Assembly (NCBI GenBank): GCA_013115145.1
Contig: JAAPAO010000114.1
Location: 1-64,000, forward strand
From: Perkinsus chesapeaki ATCC PRA-425
Taxonomy: Eukaryota; Protista; Perkinsozoa
Reading direction: 5' to 3'
Length of the DNA stretch: 64,000 nt
The stretch's first letter is position 1, and each line of letters opens with the position of its first letter. The notes beneath the pieces are model-generated. The model saw only the letters and a program-made list of their open reading frames with translations, searched no databases and was not told the origin of the DNA. Position numbers and translations under genes: made by a program. Positions 1 to 11,689 of the stretch are shown here, piece by piece.

Positions 1-57
<57 letters not shown>

Positions 58-80
58 CCCCCCCCCCCCCCCCGCCGGGG
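1..80. repeat. Poly-C homopolymer at window edge, probably low-quality sequence
   Basis: About 70 nt of nearly pure C with scattered G, as also seen next to the N gap at 27041. Confidence 0.8.
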
Positions 81-255
81 GCGCCCCCCGCTTCGGAGGG
101 ATCCGTGCGGAGTGTTGGAGATTCCGGGGTGCGCTAAAGCTTCCAAAAAATTGTAAAAAAACATTTTCTGCGCGGAATTTTTACTATTTTTCCGGCTTTC
201 CTGTTGGAAATTTGTTAGGTTTTTTTCAGCTTGTTTTCGCGTTTTACTATTGGAA

Positions 256-909
256 ATGTATTCGACCAACTTCAATTTCGGTGTCGAGAATATACCGCCG
301 CCACCATCAAGCCAAGATTCACTTCGCGGAAGCAGCCCGATCCAGGGGGAGGCTTTCTATCGCTCTAACACCGCTGGAGATCCACCGTTCAAGGGAGCGT
401 ATAAGACGGAATTGTGCCGATATGTTTTGGCTGATACGAAGTGTCGATTTGGTGCGCAAAGGTGCAAGTGGGCGCATTCGATCGAGGAAATGCATCAGCA
501 TCGAAGGGCGATCTTGAACCAAGCTAGGAGGCATTTTGAAGGCGGAAAAATGTACCAGCCGAGGATCGAACCTGCAGGGCAGAGCGTGGGGCAATTACCG
601 CTTTCAATTTGGGATGAATTGCAGAGTTGTTCGGCATCGTCGACGCCGGCGACTACTAATTTGGAGGAGAGGAATATTGGGAATGAGTGTGGAGTTCCAG
701 TGGTGATTGAAGATACGCAGATGGCAAATCTTCAGAGTGCGCAAAGCGAAGATATCTTGGAAATACTGGCGGTTTTGCAAGCTGATTTGGGGAATTTGAC
801 TGAAAAGAATGAGGATAATTTCGTGGCGCGTGAATATGATGAGCCGGATGTTGGATGTTATAATGTTAATAATAAGAATAATACCGAAGAGGGCTGCTCC
901 ATTCAGTAG
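256..909 (+). CDS. CCCH zinc-finger protein (TIS11/tristetraprolin-like single finger)
   Basis: YKTELC-x8-C-x6-C-x3-H (YKTELCRYVLADTKCRFGAQRCKWAH) carries the canonical YKTEL lead-in. First ATG is at 256. Confidence 0.8.
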   Translation: MYSTNFNFGVENIPPPPSSQDSLRGSSPIQGEAFYRSNTAGDPPFKGAYKTELCRYVLADTKCRFGAQRCKWAHSIEEMHQHRRAILNQARRHFEGGKMYQPRIEPAGQSVGQLPLSIWDELQSCSASSTPATTNLEERNIGNECGVPVVIEDTQMANLQSAQSEDILEILAVLQADLGNLTEKNEDNFVAREYDEPDVGCYNVNNKNNTEEGCSIQ

Positions 910-1637
910 TCCCCGAATGATCGATCATAGTATTTAATTATGATTGGCACTATCCGTGCTCTGCTTTCTTTTTTTTCAAATTCAATATTAATAGTGGTAG
1001 GTGATTATCATGTCAAAATCGATTATTTGGGCGAGCGCTTTTTACATTCCAATGTGTGGTGGAATGGAAGATTGGCCGCTGGTTTAGTTTATGTGATGGC
1101 GACTGGTCGCTGGTAATTTAATGGCGCGCAAGAAATCGTTAAGTATCACATAAATAATAATCCAATATTAATGTCGACTTGTTCGATTATTGGCGAGCTC
1201 AGGTGACACCTCTGTTTTTCAAAATCGATCGTGTGATCGATTTGCCTAAGCTTCCATAAACTCATAATTCTTATGTATCTCATTCATGACGTGGTTTCGT
1301 TATCGGCGAAATTATCCAATTATTTTTCTATGTATTGCTGAGGTGAAAAATATCTTTTTTGCATGAAGAAAATAATGAGGTTTGAGTTTGTCTGAAGGCA
1401 GTTTAATAAGGGGTGAAATCGATCAGGTGATCGATTTGGTGTGGTAGGGTATGGTAAAGTTGAAGGGGAGAGTTGGTGCTTAATTAATGTTACTATGAAC
1501 TGTTTCCGTATCTTGCATGGATCGACCTACGATACGAGTAATTTTGTGAGTACCGTTTTTGTCCTTATCATTCCGATCTATTTCGTATCTTGCACGGGTC
1601 TACTTGAGATACTTCTTCTAATCATCTGCTATAAAAA

Positions 1638-1874
1638 ATGGTTCATGTGAGACCCATTAACGTCGATCCGACCTCGTTTATATCTTGCACGCATAAAGCT
1701 AAGATTCTCAACATTTGCTTAATGGATGCTCAAACTCGACTGGAGATCTTGAACGAGGTTATTCCTTTGGCGGTATCTTTCCAGTTTTGCGCACGGCGAA
1801 GAATTCTCACTGGTCAGGATGTCGCCATGGCGTTGGAGATTCTAGGATACTCGCAGGTATTGAAAAGGGGGTAA
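1638..1874 (+). pseudogene. Divergent or degenerate histone-fold segment (histone H4 C-terminal half-like)
   Basis: LEILNEVIPLAVSFQFCARRRILTGQDVAMAL aligns without gaps to H4 [32 protein letters not shown] (12/32 identities by eye). An RRLAR-like segment (PRLYLARIKLRFS) lies just upstream in another frame. Confidence 0.4.
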
Positions 1875-2050
1875 GAGCTTCGTCGAGGAATTTGAAATGG
1901 ACCGGCAAGATTTCCGATACAAGGAGTTATCTGGCCTCACAGAAATGTGTTCGTCGGGGATCAAACTCACTGTGATGGAGATTTTGCTGGTAAATACGTT
2001 ACCAAAAGGGAACATCACATGGCACATTCCTTCTGCTTGACCTAGGAACG

Positions 2051-2087
<37 letters not shown>
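2051..2087. repeat. (CAT)n microsatellite
   Basis: About 12 tandem CAT units. Confidence 0.95.
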
Positions 2088-2088
<1 letters not shown>

Positions 2089-5000
2089 TGATGTTCCCGT
2101 GTGGTTCCGCCCAGGCGTGCAATTTATTGAGTATCTCTTGCGGTCTTGTTTCAACTAAGTTCTACAAATCGATAATAGGCTCGTTGTCGCCGATGTGTTT
2201 TCAGTTTTGCGAAACCTTCACAAATCACCTTCCGTCACCAAAAGTGGACAAAATGCATATTTCTCAATACTGGAGAAGGCCAATTTCGTGGCGCGCTGGA
2301 AAATGTTTGGAGTTTCTGTAGGTTCGATAAATCGTATATGAAACTCGAAAAAGTATCGGGTGTGTGACAGAGGAATTTTGTGGCGCGCAAGAAAGGATCT
2401 AAGTATGCCCTTATTAGGTATCCCTCTTGTCGCCTCTTTGGCCAGATGTTTGTTTTGAGGGGTTGGAGGAAGATCTGGAGAGTAAGTCGATGGAAGGACG
2501 CTCACCGGGGGGAAGTATGAATGATAGTGGAGAGCTGACGGATGAGGATGAATATTTAAAAGTACTATGGGAATTGGTGGTGGAAAGATTAGAGACGTTT
2601 TCCGAATATTAATCTTCGGAAACAAATCGGAGATATTTTCCATGCTTGCACTTGGGTCCACCAGCGAGGGTAAATTCTTTGGTTCCATGTTTACCCAGCT
2701 CATACATCCATAGCGGAGTTGGCCATGATTCGGAGGATACATGACCCCATGGCAACTACAAGGACTGGACGGGGTGAGCGTAAAACTGATGAGAAGACCA
2801 TAACAGTGCTACGATTGTTACGGAATGTTATGCCGTAGTCCGGAAAAGCTACGCGGATTTTCGCGCACGGTGTAAGCTTTGTTCGCACACACGAACGCAA
2901 TCACTATAAGTCGAGAAGACAAGTTACTTGGCTAGTCAGCCCTGGTCGTCATGCCTGGGATGTTTAACAAGTTGCTATCTTCGGGAGGTCAGTTGGATTG
3001 TCACTGTAGTCGAGTTAGAGGTGATGTGGTGATTATCAGATCACTATGATTATCAGCAGCACTGCTGCAGCACTATGATTAAAGTGCTGAGTAAGGTGAT
3101 TATGTTTTCTTTCGAGCATTCTTATGATAAAATAGGAAGAAGTTTGATAGCTCGAAATCATCGTCCCTTTCAGCGCGTTTCCCGCAGAGATCGGAAATTG
3201 GAAAAGTATTTGTTTGAGAACAACCCGACAGGCAATAAAGCTCATCGAGCAGTTCACCTAGACAAGGTCAACTCAACCATTCGGGTAGGCAAATCGATCA
3301 ATTGGGCGAGCGCTAAATGCACGACGGTGTCAGGCCCGGCTAGTGCCTGATCCAGCTCTGGTGTGTCGATTGTCAAGCAGTGATGACTGGAGAGCAGATA
3401 GGGCTGGCGAAGGAAGTGCGTTGAGGAAATGCAAGATTGGATAAGATTGCAAGATTACCGTTGTTAGATTATAAAGTTGGGGGAATTGGGGAGATGGATG
3501 GGATGCCGAAAGCAATGCCGGTGATGAGCGGAACGGAGGAGGCGTTTGCAAACGCGACAAGCGAGTTGATTCAAAATATTCCCAGTGGGGGCATGGCTAC
3601 GGTAAGGGTATCTTAGGTTGAAGCTGGGAGATACTAAATAGGTCAGGTTTACCAATTGTTGGATTTCGTGGCGAACGAGCGATATGGAAAGATTGCTGTT
3701 TTTCTGATTGCGCGATGTGTGCAATCGACAGTGGGCAGGTGATTTGGAAAAGTGTTCGTGGGAGGATTTGAACTTGCGATCTTCAGGTTTGTAAATATCG
3801 GTGGGATTGGTGCGATACCGCTCCGCTATATGCGCCTGTTGGCCTTGCTCGCTCGTGGGACTGTCCAGATTTCAGCGGGTGGTCGAGGCGAGCGTGGTGA
3901 TGAGGCCTCCAAGGAACTAGAAGTGTAAGGGGTGCCGGAAGTCTGATTTTGTTTGTTCCACTAAAAGTCCCGGGAATCTTGTTGTAAATTCCGATTTGAA
4001 AGTGGTGGGTGGGGCGAGTGCCCCCGACCTTTCCCAGTGGAAAGTGGTACATGGAGTCTAGTGGAAGTGAGTTCGGCTCCGAACGCATGTACGGTGAAAT
4101 TTGGCCGAATGCAGCAACGTTTGTAGACCAATATAGGGAGTTATATGATAAGTAGGAGAACATTTCGAACATAGAAACGATTAATTTGGCAATTGAAGTG
4201 CTAGGACGGGAGCTTTGGAACGATGGTACCTCATGAGTTCACGCGCGCCACGAAATTCGAGGTGGTGGGTGTCTTGCTGGAGTGCCGTCTTTTCGGAAAA
4301 GATTTGTAATATATCACTTTAGGCTGAAAGACTTAAACTTTGATTTATAGTAGAATAATAATTACATTATGATGGCTAAGTACTATTTTACCAATACCAG
4401 GCCACCGTGCGCTCTGAGGAGGGCGCCGCTGGGATCTTCCAGCGAACAGGGGCTGAATGATGTGGCCCTGTGTTAGTGTACCTTGAGTCGCGAACTGGAA
4501 TGATCTGATAGCGATTATTGATACGGCGTTGATGAACATATCGCCTGTCAAATGATGACTATTAACTTCGAAATCAATCGAACTGGATATAAAATACAAT
4601 ATTAATCAAATATTTTTTTACTGGTTTGAGATTAGCTCATAGTGTATATAATATCTAGTTGATATTCAAATAAAATTCCCTTATCAAATTTAAACTAAAG
4701 ATCCCCCCACGGGCTGTATTTCACTTTCCCTCCCTTTTGCCCTTCGCATCATATCTCCGCACTAGGAAGAATTATCGAACACATTCCTGGGAGGCCCATT
4801 TCTATTCTTCCGGCTCAGGTCCCTGTGTTCGTTGGTCGGGAGTCTCGCCAGACTTGCCTTGGATACCTCACTTCCTCAATCAATGGCCCAGAATGCCCAA
4901 GGTGGAGGTTACCCGATGTCACCGAGTAAGTAGAATTATCGATTTCAAAATCGATAACCAGTGGTGTGGGGAAATGGTAAATTGAGGATAAGTCCGAATT

Positions 5001-5550
5001 AAAGCAGCCCTCTTACCGGTCCGCAAGGTTGACATCCTACTCGGGAAGGTACAGGCGTGACTGTATGCCGCCCTGAGAGATGAGACTGGCGGCCTGTGGT
5101 GACGCTTAAGTGAGTCTTTGAGCTGTTAGCATTGCTAACTTAGCAAGCTACTATAAAGCGCCAGCAGAGCTAGCTACATCCCGCTTAATCGCGATATCGG
5201 TTTTGCTTGAATATAGCAAGTTTCCGGGCTAATGCTGCCAATTGTGAAACATTTCAATAAGGGAAGTTATTAGGAGCTTTGTAGTGCACAGAAGTTGAGC
5301 ACATAAATATGTGGCTTGGCTGGGAAGTTATAAACGAGCGCGCTTTAGACTGGGCGCATTACTGCAGACAGTTCTTGTTTCGTATAGTAACAGATTCGCC
5401 CATAAAGTGCTATCTCAGAGTTCTAATACGTTCTTTATGCCGATCGGTGTACTGTATATAACATATAAATTTTGTCTGGCGAGGAATCGATGGGAGTTTG
5501 GTAAATTTTCCACGACTTTTACTCCAACCGTTCAGTTCTCCCCCCTAAAG

Positions 5551-7140
5551 GAGCACAGACACCTCGGTTGGCCGGGCGAGCAGCTCGACAGAGTGGTGTG
5601 GCGGCAGCGGTTTGTGATTCCTTGCAGTTGGTGAGTCATCTCGATTCTTTGGGAGAACTTATTTTTTTGTCAGGTTAGTTTTCGTGACATGTGTAGCAAA
5701 TGTTTCATGGAATGCAGTCGACTGGTGGATGCCCCGAAGTTGGTAGAGCACGTCAGACTGTGCGTGAGGGATCGGTGGAGAAATGTTGCCGAGAAAGAAG
5801 TAAGCTTTCTTTGCAGATTTTTAAGTGAAATATTTTTTGGAAAAATCCAAGTAAAGTTCGTTTGGCAGAACGATTGAATCTGTCCTCTAATTTGCTCGAT
5901 AATTGATAGTTGAAGAAATATTAGGAAAACTTAATCTAATTTTCCTATTACCACTACCGCTTCAACCTCGGGAGCAACTCTGCGGATGGTATAGGAATCT
6001 CTTGCTCACACGCCACAGAAACGATCACGTCAATGAAATTCGTATCCTTACGCGGCGCGGTGATGCCAGAGGAGCCCCCCGTCAGTTGCGCTGAGAGCAT
6101 TGCGTCGGGCAATCGTTGTTGGTAAGTGTAGTTATACTGTATTACGCTTGCTCATTATCCTACATTTTGTCATTAAGGACCGTGAATTTTGAAACCCGAA
6201 GCGAATCTTGAAAAGTTTGATTTCTGGGGTTATGTTGTGACATTTTGCTTTGAACATACTAACAATGGAAAGTCGAATACGAGTCGGTTAGTGTTGTATC
6301 GCTGAACGAACGTCATCCCACCGCGTGAATTCACCTTACCCCTCCATGTCAGGCCATAACTCGGGCTGATGTGATGGCGTTGTCGAGCGTGATAGGTGTG
6401 GTGAAGTCGAAGAGGTCGAAGGAGTTTGAGTTTGACGAAGGCAACGTGTGCTCTAAATGGCTCCTTACCGATTTGGAAGGTAGGCTTATTTCGCTACATA
6501 GTGCATTCGCCTTTGTTGGGAAAGTCTTTGGAAACTGAATATCTTACGTCGTCAAACTTTAATGAAGATTCTAGGACTTGAGCTTGGGAGAAGGAGTTTA
6601 TGAAAATATACTGGTAACAGTATATTGATTGTGTACTGACCCGACGAGCAGCCTTTTGCTATCATATCAACTCTTAATCACCAATCCCTCTGAGTGCGTA
6701 CGTAGCTCCATTAACAGCTCAATACTACTATCACGATCATCTTTTCGTGATCCATGAATTAAAAGTGTTGTATTATGCACAGGAGTTCTGCTATCACCGC
6801 CACCGATTTGTCCTCGTCTGAGTGTGTAAACGATTACCTGTATATTTGTTGTTTTTCTATGTTACTCTATATAATCGATAAATAGGTTTCTAATCTTTAT
6901 ATAAATCTATTTATATAACATTTATAACAACTATGGGTTATAACCTACAATTACTCTATATCTCGACCAAGAAATGCGTTACCACTTTAGTTTTGTGATG
7001 TTGTTGTTTGTTAAATTTCGGACAGTAAGGTCGGTTGGCGAGGATTATTGAGGTGATCGGAGAGTCGTAGAGGAGCACCAGTTGTTGGGCGAGACAGCGT
7101 CAATGCATGCGATATTTACTTTTGGCAATCTAGGAACATT
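5551..7140 (+). CDS. Multi-exon gene, weakly MCM10-like (OB fold), possibly disrupted
   Basis: The GT/AG-bounded exon at ~6352-6479 reads SSVIGVVKSKRSKEFEFDEGNVCSKWLLTDLE, resembling the MCM10 OB-fold GV..K....W.L.DL. Later pieces LSLGEGVYENI and IIEVIGES*RSTSC follow in MCM10 order. Boundaries are uncertain. Confidence 0.3.
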
Positions 7141-8261
7141 TTTGCTACCAGCAAAACTCTCATTACAGTAGAACACTTTTTTCCAGGATGAGCAGATCTC
7201 TGAGAGATTGGGTGAGTCTTTCTGTTAGGCGATAACAACAGCGCCGGAAGTCAACTGCTGCCAGAAATCGAGGAGTTCGAGCGGGAACTGAGTTTGGTCT
7301 ACTTGGAAGAAAAGGCGAAACTGGCGGACTACTTTCTGGCGACGAGTTTGTTGTGTGACAGAACTGGCATTGGGGATGATTACGATTCCTGTTTACTTTG
7401 AGATTATCACTCTTGTTGAGTTCTGTCATCGACAACCGCTATGACCGGTTCAGTGAAACTCTTTTGGAAACAGGCATGCCACTTGTTGGTTGTGCCTGTC
7501 GGGGGGCAGTAACCTACTAGCATCCCTACAGTAGGGGGCCTACTGGGCGCCTTGCATGCCTCTTTCTGCAGCATTATCTAACATTATGGTCGCGAGCAGG
7601 GTTCGATGGGTTTACCTTGGTACGTCAGCTTGCGCCTTCCGGGTGTTATTTTGCTTTTTATTCGTCCTCTGAAGAGAGAATAAATCTGTTATTTCCCCCG
7701 TGTCGCGACAGAGAGAACAAGGTGATTTATCTCATTCCTGGATTTCCAACCGCTCCGGCTTTCGGCTCGCCGCAGTGCTCTCGAACATGTGGGGTTTGTT
7801 GGGGCGCTATGATGCCATTGGAGAGCCCATTTAAAAGATACCTGCATCAGTATCATACTGACCTAGCGGACTCGATTAAGATAACTCATTGCGTTGTTTG
7901 GCCGTACATTACGGGAACTTTGCGTTGCCGCCGCCGCCGAGCGAGCAACTTGAGAACTCGTCAGATCGGAATGCAATGAATACTAGAACATGAATGATAA
8001 ACTTAATTGAATGCTCGGCATTACTGATGTTGACTTGACGTCAAGCGTCACATTGTGACAATAGGCGGGAGGGCAAGCTGTGGCAAGTTCCCTGCGTGCC
8101 GTCCAATGCAAAAGTTATCCGATGATTAGAAGAATCTGCGCACCTTCTTCACTCAACCTACTCCCTCGCAGCTGGAAAACCGAAATTCAGTGAAAATTTC
8201 CTGATCGTTTTTTCGCAGCGAAGATAGTCCTGACGGGTAGTTATTGTTACTGTTGGGTATT

Positions 8262-11200
8262 ATGGCAGGGCTCTCTACAGGAGGGTCTAACTTGACGGGA
8301 CCGGTGACTATCTCCATTCAACAACAGCGACAGCTGAGCGAACTTGTTGAGACTTTAAGAGTGCAACTGGTGAGGGAAGCTGAGGAGAGGCATCAGGTGA
8401 CAGCAGCACCGCACTGTTTCCCATTTTGCTATTTTGAAAGTCTGCGGAATATCTCTTCTTAACAGAAGACGGGTACTGTAGCATCTCAGCTCTCCGAGTG
8501 GTTATCTGAAGCCAAGCGGGAGTCTTGTAAACTCCGAGCCTCGTTACAGGACAATCAACAAAAACTGAAGCATTCATGGCTAGCTGCGCAACGTTACGAA
8601 GATGGACTTCGGCGAACAACAGATGAACGAGGTGATTCGCGATTCTGAAGTCCGACCGATATTTTCCTCGAAGTACCGATGAGTTAGTCCTGAAATCGAG
8701 AGACTTGTCTTGTTTGGCTCTCCGGTCGGTTTCCGGGAATGCAAAGCTCTCCGGAGCTCTCCGCAGCTCAGTGCGCACAGCTCACTGTTGATCAATGCTC
8801 AATGCGTATCTCCATCGGGAAATATTCTGTCTACGTGCTTCAAAATAAATCATCAAGTTGTTCATGAATTTGCCAGCTCTTCGAGCATATTCGTTACGAA
8901 TGCCTAGTGGAGTTGAAGTCCAACTGTTAAACTATCCCACGCGGAGGGAATCTGGTCTTACTGAGCGCAGCTGGTCGGTGATGCATTATCAAGCGATTAT
9001 CAACTCAACTGAAACGACCCAAATCCCTAAGGGATTTGAAAAGGGATTATCCCTTTCTTAAAAACGCTTTAATTGAACAATATGGAATTCCAATTGAGCA
9101 ACTCAAACCCATATAGACAAGTAGAAACCGCGCACGCCCAAAACACAGCTGACCTCTGTGCAAGCTTTTTCACACTCCGTTCCTGAGAGGGAACTCCACA
9201 ATATTTGTGCGTATGTATGGGTCACTTTGTGATGCATGATCAGACGCACTACAGAGCGACCTATCGCAATGTCAATCTGACCTCAGCAAGGCCAAGGAGG
9301 AGATCAAGCTCTTTGAAAAGTGGAAGGCTGAGAATGTCACAGTTGACAGATCGAAGCTACTCCGACGAATCGAAAGGTAGAATGGTGTCATTCGCATCTT
9401 GCGGTATGCGGCAAGGATCGTATCTTTTGTTAGTTTGGAGACGCAAGTGCAACTGGCACCGAATGGAGATGTTGAAGCACTGGTGTCGGACCGTGAGGAC
9501 CTCAAACAGCAATGCTCTGACCTCGTAAGATGTATGGAGTAAGAAACTTGGTCTTCTGAAATCGTCTTGTAAAATTTCAATGTTATATGATTGCATTCAC
9601 AATGTAAATTTTTCCCTGGCTTTGTTTGCGTTCACGGCTTGTCGCCGAGGGGTAGCAATGCTCAGGAAGAATCAGTGTTGTTACTGACGAAGCACTTGAG
9701 AGAAGTGCAAATACAGAACGAGACGATACTAAAGACACACGTTGAAGATCTGCGGGATGAAAAAATCCGCCAGCGCTGGTAGGAGCGGAAAACTCTTCTG
9801 CCGCCTATTCGACGAACCGCAGGTGTATGCTGGGTTGTAGAATGATAAATTGCGATTGATTGTTCGGCAACGTTCTTGGCTCAAAAGCGGCTCGGTTCTT
9901 CATGAAAATTTCTTGAAATGGAATAATCCCGTGAACTTGATGCGAATTTTATATTGTTCGCGAGTACTTATCGTGTGATGATTGGTTTGGAGATTATCGT
10001 GAAGTCTGTTAACCCACCTGTAGTGCTCGTAATAAGAGTGTAGCCGCGCGCATCTCGTGAATGCGCCGGCCTAACTGCCGGTTAGATGTGGTACACGTCT
10101 CAGCTGGTACATTTTTGGGGTCACCTCGGTCGGGTGTGATGTGCAATACATCACCTCTTCGCTTTTATCGAACACATCTGACCGAGATAATATGACCTAT
10201 AACGGTCATGGTCACGAATTATTTAACAAGTGGAATTCACTCCACTTCTGATTGACTGCGTAAGCTTCCTGGCAGGCATTTAACCGGTGGGAATCCTAAT
10301 GATGGGGTTATGAAGGCCGCCCGAGAACTGAGACACTTGCGCGTAAAATCCGAAGCCGACGACAATATAAAAACAGCGCAAAGTGTAAGGAACAATTTAC
10401 CCGGAATGAAATGATCATTTCAGAAAAGAATAGACGAACTTGCAACGAAACTCCAGCTGGTAGAAAAGGAGAATGCCAAGTTGAAAAGAGACCTTGAAGA
10501 GCGTGAACTGCATGGTCCACATTTGCTGCCACGGAGCGATCTAGAAGCCAGACTGGAGGAGGCAAGTGAAGTGAAGCAGGAGTGTATGTTGACTTGTAGC
10601 ATCACTCGCGAACTGTCGAACCAAAACCCGCTAAACGAATAATGTCGCCAGGCTCAAGAGGATCTACACAAATTGCATTTCTGTATAATGAGTTTGTAAA
10701 CACTAAATTACTTTGATCAATGTCACGGACCGAAGATGATCTGGTAGGTGCATGGCACCAGCTGCCGGTTGTTCGTGGAGAATGGACAACTGCGGGAACA
10801 CAATGAACTGTTGCGATCGAAGGCGGGTATTTTGAACACTGATAGATGTGATTAACGATAGATGGTTTAGAAAGCTATTCCACGGAGTGTCAACGTGAAA
10901 AGCTCGCACGCAATGTGGCTGAGCGAGAGCTGAGGAGCGCCAGGAAGAAGTGGGCTGTTAGTGAAGCGACGGGTCAGAGGAAAAAGACTCTTGAGAAACG
11001 TGAGATGGACTTAATCGAGATGATAGAGCGACTTTGACGGTGTAGACCACGAGCAAGCTGCTATTGTAGCGCATAAAAAGTATCAAGTTGCAGAGGAAAA
11101 GTTTCACACACTTGCCAGTCTCGGCACGGAATGTTTAGCCGTAGGACTGGTACGAGTGAGGTTACTCCGAGGGGCGGATGGCGAAGATGTAAGGCCGCGG

Positions 11201-11265
11201 CGGCGGCGGCTCGATACACTAACGCGCATATCTTGGGCTACGATATTCATACAAAAGCGAAATAA
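8262..11265 (+). CDS. Multi-exon coiled-coil protein, function unknown
   Basis: Exons rich in E/Q/K/L/R heptads (QQQRQLSELVETLRVQLVREAEERHQ; EWLSEAKRESCKLRASLQDNQQKLK) are separated by short GT-AG introns. The 3' end is uncertain. Confidence 0.6.
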
Positions 11266-11325
11266 ATGTATACCAGATATGATATCATAATTACTATCCA
11301 CTATCATTGACCAGTCTGTATTCAG

Positions 11326-11689
11326 GAAACGGTTGATGAAATGATTTATAGCTCAACGATGTTGGCCCAAAGATGGCGAAACCCGGAAAGAACAATTTTC
11401 AGGCAATTCCTGCGGAGACTAGAATCGTCGCGATCGGCCAAGACGGAGTTCTCCGGTTATTTACCAGCGACATGAGCAGCGCACTGCTGGAGATTTCAAA
11501 GCACGATCTCAAAGTCATGTATATTGGTACGACAACGACGACGTCTGCGTGAAGTAAATATCCAATTTTCTAGGAAGCAACTCAGTGGATTTCGAAACTC
11601 CGGTGGACGGGCTATTCCGTCTTATTTTCTCAAACACAGTAACTGCGCAGCTTTGGTATAAAGCGATGAAGCCAACCAGAGTCGCATGA
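11326..11689 (+). CDS. Small exons with a possible PH-like domain C-terminus
   Basis: Joined exons read RIVAIGQDGVLRLFTSDMSSALLEISKHDLKVMYIG|SNSVDFETPVDGLFRLIFSNTVTAQLWYKAM: strands followed by a Trp-containing terminal helix. Start is unknown. Confidence 0.3.

Noticed and set aside
1-80. Poly-C as a telomere or chromosome end
   Set aside because: No telomeric repeat unit; resembles read slippage.
1842-2087. ORF starting with poly-Met
   Set aside because: Translation of the (CAT)n microsatellite.
3593-3603. 11-nt match to the spliced-leader 5' half (also an 11-nt 3'-half match near 9874)
   Set aside because: Too short. Neither sits upstream of a recognisable start codon or in an SL-RNA context.
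8034-8059. CRE-like palindrome cttgacgtcaag plus gtcac-att-gtgac upstream of the coiled-coil gene
   Set aside because: Short palindromes occur by chance at this length, and there is no independent support.
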